In this document: positions 13,300 through 26,560 of the stretch, piece after piece
Layout of the letters: every line of letters starts with the position of its first letter
How positions within the stretch are numbered: position 1 is the first letter of the stretch
NCBI GenBank assembly: GCA_965287045.1
Contig: OZ336884.1
Location: forward strand, 46,128,001-46,192,000
DNA length: 64,000 bases
Origin: Carcharhinus amblyrhynchos
Lineage: Eukaryota
Direction: 5' to 3'
Made by a program: the position numbers and the translations under genes
The notes under the pieces: generated by a model
The model's input: only the letters and a program-made list of their open reading frames with translations
Told to the model about the DNA's origin: nothing
The model's database searches: none

Positions 13300-14680
13300 G
13301 CCACAAACATTTTTTTTGTAGGACCTACGGTCTTCAATGTAGAGGACACAAGTAGCATTTCGGAAATAGCTCCAAGTCGGGAATTGGAAGAAAGGAATAC
13401 AATCAATCAGGGAATTGACACAAAGCAAATTGCTGAAACAGGGTTGACAGGCTCAGGACCTGATGGATTTCATTCTAGGGTCTTGAAAAAAAAAGGCTTA
13501 TGAAACAGCTGATGTGTTAGTTTTAATTTTTCAAAATTTACTAAATATGGGGAAGGCTCCGTTAGGTCAGAAAACAGCCAAATTAACTCCTTTATTCAAG
13601 GAAGGGAGACAGAAAGCAGGAAACTTTCGACCAGTTTGCTTAACATCTAACACAGGGATATCAACATGATATCAATTATACTGCTTCAGTAACAATAAAG
13701 AACATCAACTACTAACAACACGGTGCCAACAAAACATCCTGCAGAGACACATGATTGAAATATATTTCTTAAAGGCAGAGAGGTGTGCCACAGGGCTCAG
13801 GCCTCAACTCTTGGTAATTTATACAAATGATATGGGGAGAAGGGACCAATGGTTTGGCTGCTAAATTTGGTAATGACAAGATGACAGGTAGGAAAATAAG
13901 TTGTAAAGAGCACATAAAGAGGAAAAATAATGTACATCGGCTAGATGTGTGAGCAAAGATCCGGAAAATAGAATATGATGTGAGAAAATATGAAGATGTC
14001 CATTTGGCAAGACAAATAAAAAAAAATCTAAATAGTGAGGGATTGCAGAGTTTTTGTGATACAGATGCGTCTGGATGCCCTTGTGCATGAATGGCAAAAG
14101 GTTAGTAACCAGGTGCAGCAAGTAATCAGCAAAGCAAACAGATATTGCTTATTGCAAGGGGAATTAAAGACAAGAGTTGGAAGGTTACTCTTCACTTATG
14201 GAGACATAGCTGAAACCACATTTGAGGTATTGTGTATAGTACTGGTCTCCTTACTTAAGGAGGGATGTAAATGCATTGGAAGCAATTCAAAAGGAAGTTT
14301 ACTTGAATTGATGGGTTGTTTAATGAGGAAAGTCTGTTGGAGCTTAGAAGATTAAGAGATGACTTGATTGGAACATACATGTTCCTGAGGGGATCTAACA
14401 GGGTAGATATGGAAAGGCTGTTTCCTCTGGTGGGAGAACCTAGAACTGGGGGCCACTGTTTAAAAAGGGGACAATCGTATACGACAGAGTTGAAGAAATG
14501 TTTTTCTCTTTGCAGTTTGTGAGCCTTTAGAATTCTCTTCCTCAGAAGGCAATGGAAACAGAAACTTTAAACATTCTAGCAGAAAAAACTGAACTTTTTT
14601 ATATGCAAGGACCGAAACGTTATCAGGGAGAGGCAAAAATGTGAAGTTTAAGTTAAAATTAGATCAGCCAACTCTTGATG
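13300..14680 (+). mobile_element. Old degenerate CR1 LINE ORF2 (internally deleted)
   Basis: 'GPDGFHSRVL'-like sequence at about 13455; ORFs 14035-14522 with 'QVQQVISKAN' and 'LRRLRDDLIGTY...RVDMERLFPLVGE'. Confidence 0.8.
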
Positions 14681-15199
14681 CACAAGAGATAACTCAACAG
14701 CAAGTAATAAAATGCTAGGCTGACAAACTTGACTATTTGTTTCTTGTTTCATTCCTCCTCCATCACAAGTGTGCTTTCCTGTTGCCTCAGTGCTCGGCTC
14801 AGTCTCATTCCAAGTGAGCTCTTGCTTCCACAGTAAGCCCCAGCCCCCCTTGAGCTGCAACTCCTGGACCGTCCCTCATCACCACTGCTCCAATTTAAGT
14901 CGGCTCATCTCAGGTAGGATTAGTAGACAAAGTGCTACAAATTGACCTCAGTACCCTTGGTAGGGTAATACATGGCTGAATAAAACTTTTAACAACAGAA
15001 TGGCAAAATCATGCTTTACTATGTCAAATAAATTCTACCTTTGCTTCACTCCCTTCCAGTCTGACCCTGGAAAAGTGAGTCTGCAGTACCAGCCCAGAGC
15101 CAGACACATGTTGCTTTACAATTACTGTTGGATCTGAAAGACACCCGGGTAAGTATTTCATTCTTTTCTGAACCCCAAGAGGTGGAATCTTTGTAGATT

Positions 15200-15980
15200 G
15201 CACTAGAAACCAATTTATCAACTGACATTCCCCTACCTTCTTCCCAGAGCCCTGCACATTCTTCCTTTTCAGATAAAAATCCAACTCCCTCTAAAATTAT
15301 TTGATTGAACATGTTTCCACCACACTCCCAAGCAGTGCATTCCACATCCTAATTACTCGCTGTACATCTCCATTGCTTCCTTGTCAGCTACCTGAAGCTT
15401 GTACCCAATTGCTCCTGATCCTTTCACCAATAGGTATAATTTCTCTTTATTTGCTATCCAGATCCCATATAGACTTTAAATACCTCTATTAAACTTCTCT
15501 CAACTTTTTTCTACTCCAAGAAAAACACAGTCTGAAGCTCTCCAATGCAAGTAACTCAAGATTAGTGAAGAAAAACATAGGAACATAGATACTAAGAGCA
15601 GGAGTAGGCCGTTCGGCCCTTTGAGCATGCTCCACCATTCATTACGATTTCAGCTGGTTATCCCGCCCTTCCCCCGCTATTCTCTGTTCCCATTCGCCCG
15701 GAGAGATATCCAATCCCTCCCTGAAAACATACAATGCTTTGGCCTCAACTGCTTTCTGTGGTTGTGAATTCCAGGGATTCACCACTCTCTGGGTAAAGAA
15801 ATTTCTCCTTGACCTAGTCTAAAAAGGAACCCCAGCTTCTGGACAAAGCAACCATTGGCAACATCCTTCCTGCATCCACCCTGTCTAGACCTGGTTAGAA
15901 TTTTATAGATTCTACGAGAGCCCCCTCATTCTTCTGAACTCCAGTGAATATAATCCTAACCATCTCAATCTCTCCTCAAA
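15200..15980 (-). mobile_element. Two degenerate CR1 3' fragments (about 15200-15545 and 15575-15980)
   Basis: 'aacataggaacatag...gagcaggagtaggccgttcggccc' tail and RT C-terminal remnants. Confidence 0.8.
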
Positions 15981-18900
15981 AACAATATAGTTATCTTATT
16001 CATAAGAAAATTGTAGTTAACAAAGGTAAATTGATACTTTAGCTGGTGTGGAGATCTTGCAAAACAGAGAAAGCTGTAAGTGGTGAGGCTTCTTATAGTT
16101 GAATTGCCAGGGAGTCGGTTTCTCAGTCAGCTCAAAATTGGGACAGGTTGGGAGAATTATTCCTCCATGCTCAAGTTGTAGCTATTTTCCTTTTGCTATG
16201 TGGCATCTTACAGCTGGCTGGACAGCTGTTCAGATTATATCTCCAAGGTATTTCTGATCAGAACAGCTTTTTTTTAAAAGAACAGGTAGCAAACCTGGTT
16301 GCCTAAATCATGTGTTCAATTATGAGTTCGAAGACCTTCTTCCAAGAAAGGTAGTCAATTGTTTCTTCATACTATGTTTTAACTTTTCACACACAAATAA
16401 GACATAGCCACATTCTTATATAATTGAATTACTCCATTCAATTTAAATTACTCTTTTGAATGCCTTTCAGAAAAGACATTGAGTTTCAGTGTTTTTATTG
16501 CCCAGGGTGAAGTAGAAAGGCACGTCAGCAGTTGTGTGATAGTCTTGTTCTGTTAATAGTTCATTCTTAACAAAGGGACTTGTGAATTTCACAAATGGCT
16601 GCAATTACACATTTTAATTAGGTATTCAATTGAATTTCAAGTCAAGTCTCGGCAGGAGCCAAAACCACCAAAGTCACCTGGTATGTTGCCAGATATGTTA
16701 AAACTGTCCATTTAAAAAATATAGTTCTCAAATTTGTTACATCTTTATACCTGCAATGGCCATGACAATATCCAGAGTCTTCTGCTTCTGGTTCCCCTTG
16801 TTAACTGGGCTCTTTATGTTGCTCTGCTATGTTCATCCAGCAGGAAGGATACTTCAGTTGCAAGAAATAAATAAACTAACGTACAAAGTAAATCAAAGAA
16901 AAAGGTTTAATAAAGAAACAACACTCCGGCCACACCCTGGGCCACACAAGCTCCTCACAATCCCCATCTACTCTCTATTTATACTGGGTCAGCTGACCAC
17001 CATCAAATCTGTTATAATGTAACTAATGGCATCATTAGTTACATTATAATATCTTATCAACATGAATCACTTTATATACCTCCATATCAAATTTCATTTA
17101 CCATTTTGCATTATGCAGTTGGTAGAAGGGGCATCGAGGAAGATATAATAGGAGCAGCCCGTGGAACATGGGAGGTTGGGAGCCAGGCTACAAATAAAAG
17201 ATGTCATTTAAAATGTTGCAAGGGACATCATTCTGTCGTTTAACGATTTCCAAATTTGTTAGAAACCTTGCCCTTCAGGCATAGTATCTTTGTTGCCTTA
17301 ACATTAGAACATAGAAATGATATACATTATCATCTACAACACAGCCTCTATGACTGCCCAACTGTAGTAGAAAGGCTACAAATCTTCCTGCAAGTGTGAG
17401 GGTAGCATATGCACAGAACACAATTCATAGTGTGAATGATTAACCAAACTTTCACCATGTCTGATGTAAGTGGCTTTATTTTGTATCCTCAGGCCTCGTC
17501 ACCCTGTCAACTACAGCAGAATTTGGGCCAATAAGTAAAGCCTATTTTTCAGACCAAGTCAGCAACACTCACTTGTATTCAGAAAAATAATTTGTAAAGT
17601 AGTATCATAGGTCCATGCTTTAAACTCCTCAGTTTCAGACATCTCTGCTCAATATTGAGCAAACTACAAAGCAAAGCACTCTTCATTTTTAGGGCCAATT
17701 TCACTTATTTCACCTGCTACTTCAAGTAAGTCTCTAGGTAGACTTGTTTCCAAATTTTCAACAGTATTTATTCTGAAATTGTTGGAAGATGACCAGGCGT
17801 TAATCATGTGGTGTCTCTTCCTTCCTCCTCCTCCATTTGGAAAATTACCTGGCATCTGCAATTCAGCTTTCACTGCTACCAGTCAGTGAACCTGTGTCTT
17901 TCAACTCAATATCCTTTACAATAATGAAAACTGGTGTGTTATTTAAAAATCAAAAGACATGATGTTGGTCTTGTGTCTAGAGTTCCAGGAAAGTAGCAGT
18001 AGCTATGTGTCCTATTCCTGCAGCTAACAATATCCCTGATAGGGTGTGGGATCCCAAAGCTAACCAGTCAACAGATGCACCCAAATTATCATTGACAACT
18101 CAGCCCAAATCCAGTGTTCTTAAAATCTCTCTCCTTAAAATAAGACTCCTGATAAGGAATGACTCTGGGCCAATAAATAAATAAAATTTATTTTATTTAT
18201 AAATAAATCAATAAATAACTTCCTTCAAATGGGAAGAAGAACTGCACTGTATACAAGTGTCTTTTACTTACTTAACTGAATATATTTTGTAATCTGCAAT
18301 CCGTATTCATGTGCATTATGTATAATTATCTGAGAAAATTGATAGATCTCAGCACAATTTAGAATAAGAAAGCCAAGGATAATAAACAGCTGCACATCTC
18401 AAACCGTAAGCCAGGATATTAATAATACTAAAGCATTACATCAGAATATAAACCTTCTGTTTATTTCTGACTATAATCTAATTCACTTTATCAGCCAGGA
18501 TATCCAGGGCATTCCATCAGCCTCCGAACTTTAACATCTTAAATCAGCAGTCACACAAATTAAAAAAACAAACTTTACTTTGAAAGCAATTGAGGCTGAG
18601 AACACTAGTACACATTTAAAAATCAAAATTCAGCAGTTGCTGTCCAAGGTGCTTGACATCCATTACATGCGCTCAAACCTCGTGTCACTGTCTTGCTCAC
18701 TATTTAAATGTACTGAGCACAGTGAAATTCTTGTAATTGTGTTGCAATACAGATTAAACATGCCCCAAAATATTAAGGTTGGTCTTTTCTACTCTAATGA
18801 CACGCTAAATTTTAATTACTACCAAACAATATTTATAGAACTGAAAAGTACAAAATCTCGTTGCTTCAACTTATCGGAAAAGTTAAAATAGAATGTGTAA

Positions 18901-19128
18901 ATATGTCTTTCTTTGTCTAGTCAGCCAACCTTTCTTTCCCCCCTCTATTTTGATTCCTGCACTGATTTGGTACTAAATTCAATATATTGATTTACACTAG
19001 CTGTCTCAGATTTGATGCTGCTCATTAACAATTCTTCAATTTCATCGTTGAAATGCAAAGATCCCAGCTACCCAGCTCTCTGTGTGCCAATGTTACTTCA
19101 TTTGGATGAACCGTTGACAGCAACTTAC

Positions 19129-19231
19129 TGTATAAAGCCCCACACAAGTCAATGAGTTTAACAAATTTACAATAAATTCCAACCCATAATATTTACTGAA
19201 AGTCCTCAGCCTTGAAGATTCAGACTTATTA
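19129..19231 (-). CDS. Weak candidate alternative exon (103 nt, phase 2 to 0): xNKSESSRLRTFSKYYGLEFIVNLLNSLTCVGLYT
   Basis: Acceptor 'gtttatatttgcccag|', donor '|gtaagt', open frame; same length and phases as 21065-21167. Confidence 0.2.
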
Positions 19232-19307
19232 CTGGGCAAATATAAACAATAGCAAGTACGTGCGTGGCATTCATTCAATGAGCCCAGGCCAATTGTCACA
19301 TTATTAC

Positions 19308-19597
19308 AGAAATCATAGAAACCCTACAGAGCAAGAGGCAGCCCATCGAGTCTTCTCTGACAACAATCCCACCCAGACTCTATCCCCATAAACTCACGTA
19401 TTTACCCTGCTAATCCCCCTGACATGAAGGGGCAATTTATCATGGCCAATCCATCTAACCTATACATCTTTGGACTGTAGGAGGAAACCCACAGAGACAT
19501 GCAGAGAATGTCCATGTAGACAGTCACCAGAGGCCATAATTGAACCCGGGTCCCTGGCTGTGAGGCAGCAGGGCTAACCACTGTATCACCAGGTTGT
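19308..19597 (-). mobile_element. HE1-type V-SINE
   Basis: tRNA-like head, V-domain and CR1-like tail ('agaaatcatagaaaccctacag' on the plus strand). Confidence 0.8.
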
Positions 19598-20379
19598 CCA
19601 TTGGACAAGAGCAAACAAACAAACATAAATCATGACCAGGCCACCATGTTACAGTTTTTGGCAGAGTAAAGCAGCCATCTGGAATGAAGGGTCTTTTTCA
19701 ATGATTTTCCAATCCATTTATGTTTGGAAGAGCACGAATGCAACATAGGCATTGTATTGAAATTAGGTCATATTTTGAACATATAGACAATTGCCCATAG
19801 AGCCTACCATCCCATCAGTTTCCCAGTGTGATTCCACAACTAACTGTGATGTCTCCTTAATAATAAAATTATTTAAGCATTAAATCAATCCCACTTAAGA
19901 AACATTTTAAAGCATAATTATAGCCCACAATTATTTAATACAACTTTCTGCTCTCTTTCTCATCATATAATGAATTCTACAAATTAAATGTTCAACACCT
20001 TCACTCCAGGCAAAGAAGAGAAAAGGTACTATGAGCATGTCTTTAGAACTTGTTGCAAATATTATGTGGAGTGCTTATAAAGCTATTATAATCATGACCA
20101 GCTGCACAAAAATGGTGTTAATTGAACTCAACATTTTTGTAATGGTGACTCCATGTGACATAGTCAGAAAAGGAAAATTAGCATAATGCAAATTAGATAT
20201 AAAGAGAACACAAACATAGAACCGTAAGTAATGCCCCAAAGCCATTATTTTAAAATAAACAGAATATATAACTACATCTGAATTTCTCCATGCCAATTTG
20301 CTCAAAGAGGTAAAAGATTGAGTCAAGGAGCTAGGAAGAGACTGCGATCTGGATATCATTAAAGCTGTGTAAAATGCTT

Positions 20380-20993
20380 CTTGCTGCAACTGTACAGGGC
20401 ACTGGTGAGGCCGAGCCTGGAGTACTGTGTGCAGTTTTGGTCGCCGCACTTGCGCAAGGATATTTGGGCCTTGGAGGGAGTGCAGAGGTTCACCAGGCTG
20501 ATACCGGAGTTGAAGGGGTTGAGCTATGATGAAAGGCTGAATAGACTGGGCTTGTACTCGTTAGAGTTTAGAAGTATGAGGGGGGATCTTATTGAGACGT
20601 ATAAGATGATGAAAGGGATGGATAGGGTAGAGGTGGAGAGGTTCTTCCCGCTCAGAAAGGACAGCAGGACTAGAGGGCACAATCTCAAGATTGGGGTGGG
20701 GGGGGGGGCGGTGCAGTTTAGAATAGAGTTGAGGAAGAACTTCCTCACTCAAAGGGTGGTGAATCTCTGGAATTCTCAGCCCGTTGAAGTGGTGGATGCT
20801 ACCTCGCTAAATATATTTAAGACACGGGTAGATAGGTTTTTGGTAGGCAAGGGCATTAAGGGTTATGGGGAGAAAGTGGGAAAGTGGAACTGAGCCACTT
20901 CAGATCAGCCATGATCTTATTGAATGGCGGGGCAGGCTCGAAGGGCTAGATGGCCTACTCCTGCTCCTATTTCTTATGTTATGTTATGTTCTT
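20380..20993 (+). mobile_element. Young 5'-truncated CR1 (HER1-like) LINE
   Basis: ORF 20381-20893 (RT C-terminus), TTCTTATG/TTATG tail, and 6-bp TSD ATGCTT (20374-20379 / 20994-20999). Confidence 0.95.
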
Positions 20994-21064
20994 ATGCTTA
21001 ATACTAGTACAATTGCATTGAAACGAATGCAACATTTGTTAGTCTTAAAACTTAACCAACTTAC

Positions 21065-21167
21065 TTTTGTGTTAAACCACAGGTAAAAAATCTCATCTCC
21101 ACTGTAATCTCTAACATGTGGCCTAAACAATTTATCTAAGTTACAATCTTTGGAAAACAATTCATCC
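21065..21167 (-). CDS. Candidate internal coding exon of the same unidentified gene: xDELFSKDCNLDKLFRPHVRDYSGDEIFYLWFNTK
   Basis: Acceptor 'ctgcattcttttaaag|G', donor 'AAA|gtaagt'; 103 nt open; ends in phase 0, matching exon 8014-8163. Confidence 0.5.
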
Positions 21168-22524
21168 CTTTAAAAGAATGCAGCCAAGGATAGAGATCTG
21201 AACAGATGCACAAGGCTCCATCCAGATCATCTGTGAAGGGCTGAAGTTCCATCAAGTCCTCCTGATCCTCTGCTGTAACTTCGACAGAAATTTGTTGGAA
21301 GCCCTATAGAAACTGAATAAATTACAGTTTACCTAATTTCTCCAAGGCTTCAGCCAATTTCCAATTACTTTGCAGATCAGGAGAACTGCTGTCAAAAGTT
21401 ACTATTGACTGGCTCATTATTCAATGACTTCATGGCTAAGCTAAGCTATATTTTATCCCCAACCAATGATGCATGTACTTTTCAGCAATGCTCATGAGGC
21501 AACAAGCTACATAACTGTTTGCTTTCTTTATTTGCTAATTTAGAGATGCTGAGACCAATTTTCTTTTGCCAAATAAAATCCATGATTTAGTGAATTGAAC
21601 AGACCAGAGATGAATCTATGGATGATATCATGAAGTGCATTTGCCCAATGAGCTATCGGCGAAGTCTAAATGTAAAATAAAGATGTAAAGTAAGTTGAAC
21701 GTTCTTTTATTAAATCATTCAATATACAAAGAACAGTTCTTTCAACATATGCTTTCATTGTATATGAAGAGAAAATAGTGGTTATGATTCGTCATCCATT
21801 TCTTCACGATCAACAATAAAATCAAAGTTACATTAGCTTATGAGCCTTGATTGCAGTAGTTGAATGGGCAATGACAAACCTTGTCACATCAGGCGGTTAG
21901 CAATAATTTTCACTTCACGTGATCCAAATTCTCTTGGAAACTAAATTGGAAATGAAGTGATGGCAATAACGAATTGAATTTAGATCCATTTTACTTGCTG
22001 GCAGAGGTCAAGAAACAGGACTAGTCTTCTGTGTTTGTCAGTGCTGGGTTTAGCTCATCCAAGTGTTGAGAGGAACATTTATAGCAGTAAAGTGCTAAAG
22101 GAGCTATGTCAGCCCTAGAATCAACAATTCAACATCTGGCATTTAAACTTGGAGCCATGAGTATTGCACAACTTTGTTCTTTTTTAAAAATGGACACCTT
22201 ATTAACCATTGCCTTTTTGCCAATTGCTAGGTAAAATGATTGATGATGATTCTGAAGAAATGATGATAAAACTATAGCTTTGACAATATTTTCCAAATGA
22301 AGTTACTATGGCCTGAACTTGCCATCATCTTGCATCATGGCAAATGATGCAATAGTATCACATGGCACTGATAATATGGAAAGATTAAGGAAATAATCAA
22401 CTGAGTTATGCCACTTGCGTCAAATGTGCCAAAGCTGCCTAGCATCATTTGCACCACTCCAGTTTCAATAAAAGTTTATTGTCTCCATTGTATTTAGGAT
22501 AAACAGTTTAATAAGCAAACTAGA

Positions 22525-22700
22525 GCAGATGCTGAAATCTCAAACAAAAAGGAGTGTGATGGAAAATCTCAGGAATTCTGGCAACATCTGTAGGGAGAGA
22601 AAATAGTTAAAAATTAAGAGATGGTTTGACACTTTTGGTTTTGTTCTCTCTCCCTACAGATGCTGCCGGACCAGCTGAGTTTTCCCAGCATTTTTTTCAG
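22525..22700. mobile_element. Degenerate Penelope-type inverted terminal-repeat remnant
   Basis: 'ctggcaacatctgtagggagaga' pairs with 'tctctccctacagatgctgccgg'; same family as 56480-56655. Confidence 0.6.
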
Positions 22701-23615
22701 GATTATCAGTTTGCAGGATGTACAGTATTACTCACATTGCAGCCAATTAGATGGAAAACAAATTGGGATGGATAACTTGCAATGTGGCATATGTTAACAT
22801 GTCACTTTGGATACTGTACTTCTTCTCACCAACTTTGCTGCCCAGAATGCTGAAAGAGTCAGAAGGCAATTATTTTTAGGGACTATATGCAGTTTTATAT
22901 TTTGATATTGAAAGCACTGTGATGGCCTTTGCCATGAGCATTCTTTTGTTCCTGATCATTCTGGATTACCTATTAGTAGCAAGAGTGCTGCTTGAAACCA
23001 CATGGTACGAGGTAAATCAATCAATCTTGCTGTAACTCTCCCCAGAAATTATGAAATTATCCTCATCAACCACTCTGTCTTGATATGTCTCGCCATAAGT
23101 ATGACTTTTTTGGTAAAGTTGTATCTTCAACCAGTCCTTTCATATCAGTTTTCTCAGTTAAATTTCACTATCCATAACTCCCTACACTCCCTACCACTGC
23201 TAAAAAGTTGTGCTATCACTTCTCTGGACATACACCAAGTTAAAAAGGGAACATTTTCTCAGATGTGCTGAAAGGGGGATTTTAAAATTATAGCATAAGA
23301 AAATGCATAGTTACTGCTGCACACCAAAAAACTGCTTCTTTAAGAATTGAAATGTCCCAAGGCACTTCACAGAAGGATTATAAAACAGAATATAACACCA
23401 AGCCACATAAGGAGAAATCGGTTGTTTGGTAGTACAGAACTTGAGTATTGCTGGATAAAAAAAAAAGGGCCACGTCAAAGCCTTTTATCTTGCATTCATC
23501 TGGACACCTTGCAAGAATACCAGTATGTGGGGAAAACAATTTATACAGTGTACAAAAGGGTTCATTAATTGTGAGTGTCAGCCTGGAGAATATACCAGTT
23601 GATGGTCACTGGCAA

Positions 23616-24738
23616 TTAACAGCCAAACATTGTTTGAAATTTAAACCAAGAAGTTTGATCCTGATTAGTCAGGGCATTGTCCTGAGCAATGACTTAGCAA
23701 ATGGTTGTTAGTTATTTTAGTTAGCTGAAACACTGTACCTGTTCTTTCTGTCCACAAAGAACAGGGTCTTATGTGTTAATATATGAGGTACAACTTGGTG
23801 CCACCAACATCCAATGTGGAAACAGACATGTTTATGGATGAGCAACACTAAAGACAAAAGCTTCAAACTTCATTTTCTCCCCTTTGGCACTGTGCTTGCA
23901 TTGAATAGGATTTCTCTGCAGATACTCTGCATTTAAAAGATGTGAACAAAACTTGATGAAAAGTTATAAGCTTTTTCTCAATTTAAGCCGGGGCAGGCTT
24001 ATTCATAAGATTCTAGTTGTCATGATCACTACAGGATTGCATAGTTACAACATGAGTCTGTAATATGTCAACAGCTAATCATCCAAGTTTCAAAGCCAAA
24101 TGCACTGTATTCTGCAATCTATTCAAGCCATATTTAGAATAGTTCTCAGTAATGTGAAGTATCCTTAACACATTAATGCAAAATCAAAGACCAGAGTTAT
24201 TCACTGAAGCCAAAGCGACTGAAGACAACTTGCCAGTATGAAACAAAGAACCCTCATGCATTTCTTGGTCTTCAATTAACCATTCTGTTCTGTCTCTTGG
24301 AGAGTACATGGTTCACAAGAGATGCTGATCAAAGCAATCGGCAGCCTCAGCCTCACTAATTACGAAGGAGTTGGCAGGGGCAGAGGGAATGAACCCTGAG
24401 CAGCTTCCTTGAGAACAACAGATGCTTTTTCATTTACAGCCAAATACACCTCTTGTCTTGAGAATATTAAATTAATATAAATGTAGTTTTCATTCGGTTA
24501 GTTGCAATGTGTAAGACTGCTAAAATAATGAACGGACACAAGGAGAAAACTCTGATTTTATTGATTGGACCAAAATAAGATAAAATCCTATACAACGCTC
24601 AAACAGGGCATCTAATTGCCTTTTCCCTTTTTCAGCTAAACAAAATAACTGACAACGTTTGCTAGATCATTCCTCAGGACAATGCCTTAACTAATCAGGA
24701 TCAAACTTCCTGGTTTAAATTTCAAACATGGCAGTTAA
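23616..24738. repeat. Two inverted copies of an old ~110-bp interspersed repeat (23616-23730 and 24630-24738)
   Basis: The reverse complement of the right copy aligns by eye with the left copy: 'tgtttgaaatttaaacca(a/g)gaagtttgatcctgattagt...ggcattgtcctgag...ttagctgaaa'. Confidence 0.85.
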
Positions 24739-25164
24739 CCGTGTTAATATAGCAGCCTTGCATCATTCAATGCATATCATTGGTGAGGCTGAAAGGAAAA
24801 TAATGCTTCTGCAAAATTGAAGTTTTGGACAGCACCATTTGAATTCAACCGTGCATCTGTTCTTGCTTGAAGTTGCTGCAGCGTTTGGATACAAAAGAAA
24901 ACAGCACTATTAACCTCAGCATTTTGACACAAATTATAGGCCAATTAATTCTCTGCGAGTGCCAATGGTTATTATGCTGGAGGAGCTGGTGTTGAAAAGT
25001 TCCATTATATTTAAATTTCTCCGACATTTACTTGCTTTCACGTGAGCTTATGACCACTGGCTTGCACCATATCATGAGCATAAAGTTTCATATTTCAAAC
25101 AAAAATCTGCAGCAGGTTAATTTTTTTTTTACATTGAATATTGTAACTAAGAATTAGACAATCA

Positions 25165-25560
25165 CAGGGATTCTCTAGCCTCCCCATGGTGTTTTTCTCC
25201 AGCGGAAGGAGGTGATGCACCATTGGCCAGCGGCAGGATTTTCTGGACCCAGTGCTATCAATGGTTCTTCCCATATTACTGGGAACATGCAGTGGCGGCG
25301 CACCATTGGAGGAACCAGAAGATTCCGCCAGTCTGAACAGCTAGAAGATCACGCCCAACCTCTGAGATTCTATGGTCTCCCTGAAGCACTTTTCTTAGTG
25401 ATGGGATGTAATACACTGTAGGCCAGCAGTGAGACCTTCTTGTCCTACTGCTATCAAGGGTATGCCCCACTGATTCCATCCCATACCACTAGGAAGTACG
25501 TGCCATCAGTGGGACCAGAAACTCCATGCAGTGTGAAGAGCCAGAAGATTGCACCCAATA
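25165..25560. mobile_element. Two adjacent short Harbinger-type MITE-like copies
   Basis: GC-rich units ending 'agaagatcacgccc' and 'agaagattgcaccc', with shared internal 'gg(a/g)accagaa' motifs. Confidence 0.45.
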
Positions 25561-26319
25561 TATATATTTTTTAATCATTACTGAGCATTAAAACATTATT
25601 TTCTTCCTTTCTTCTCCTTTCCTGAAAATTACTGACTCCATGTTGCAACAAGGCCAGTTACCTTAAGGTGCTTCATCCAAACAACCTTCCATGAATCTTG
25701 ATGCAGATCATGATGTGCTCAAACAACCAATTTGATCCATCCATCAAATGGTTACCCAGCAGGATTTCCCATATCTTGGCCTGTGTACCACTCCCTATTC
25801 ATATTATCGCTGCTCTCAAGGTCCATCTTTTCAATATTCTCCATTTTTTTCATGAATCTATTATCACCTCTGCAAGATATAGTGTGTTCTTATATGATGT
25901 TCTTACATCATCTGCATGGCCAGTGAAACTCCCACCTTCACATCTGCCACTTAACTTATCCTTACTAACCAAAGTCAACTTTACATAATTTCTGATCCAT
26001 CCTATGAGTTTCTATCACTCATTATCCCTGTCCTCACCAAAATTCCATCCTGCCTCCAAACACAAACCAAAAGTTCAAATTCTGCAACATAAGTTATGAA
26101 TTTATTTCTAGCTTCATTTCGTCTTACCTCTTATATTTAAAGTGTCTGTTCTATTGATCTTGCTTTACCAATCGGCCTTATCTGGTCATGAACCCAAGAA
26201 GAATCAATTCGCTAGCTTTGTTTTTGGGGAAAGCAGTGATGATGAAAACAAAACTTATAGCATTAGTTGATTCCTTCACTTATGAGTGTGTGAGAAAATA
26301 CACAGTGTACACACATACT

Positions 26320-26560
26320 GGGCAGACTGATAGCACTGTTGTCTCACAGGAACCTGGGTTCGATTCCTGGCTTGGTTACTGTCTGTGTGGAGTTTGTACA
26401 TTCTCCCCGTGTCTGCATGGGTTTCCTCCCACAGTCTGAAAGACGTGCTGGCTAGGTATATTGACCCAACCAGTCTCCGGACTGTGGCAACTAGGGGAAA
26501 TTCACAATAGCTTCATTGCAGTGTTAATGTAAGCCTACTTGTGACTAATAAACAAACTTT
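26320..26560 (+). mobile_element. V-SINE with alternative 3' tail (internally deleted)
   Basis: B-box 'gggttcgattcc', V-domain and tail 'cttcattgcagtgttaatgtaagcctacttgtgactaataaa'. Confidence 0.85.

Noticed and set aside
21136-21303. Longer exon starting at 21303 ('GFQQISVEVTAEDQEDLMEL...')
   Set aside because: That frame stops at TAG before the donor; the internal acceptor at 21167 gives a clean open exon.
21880-21940. Exon-like 'FPREFGSREVKIIANRLM*', possibly with a selenocysteine TGA
   Set aside because: All three frames stop before the best donor; I saw no SECIS or redox motif.
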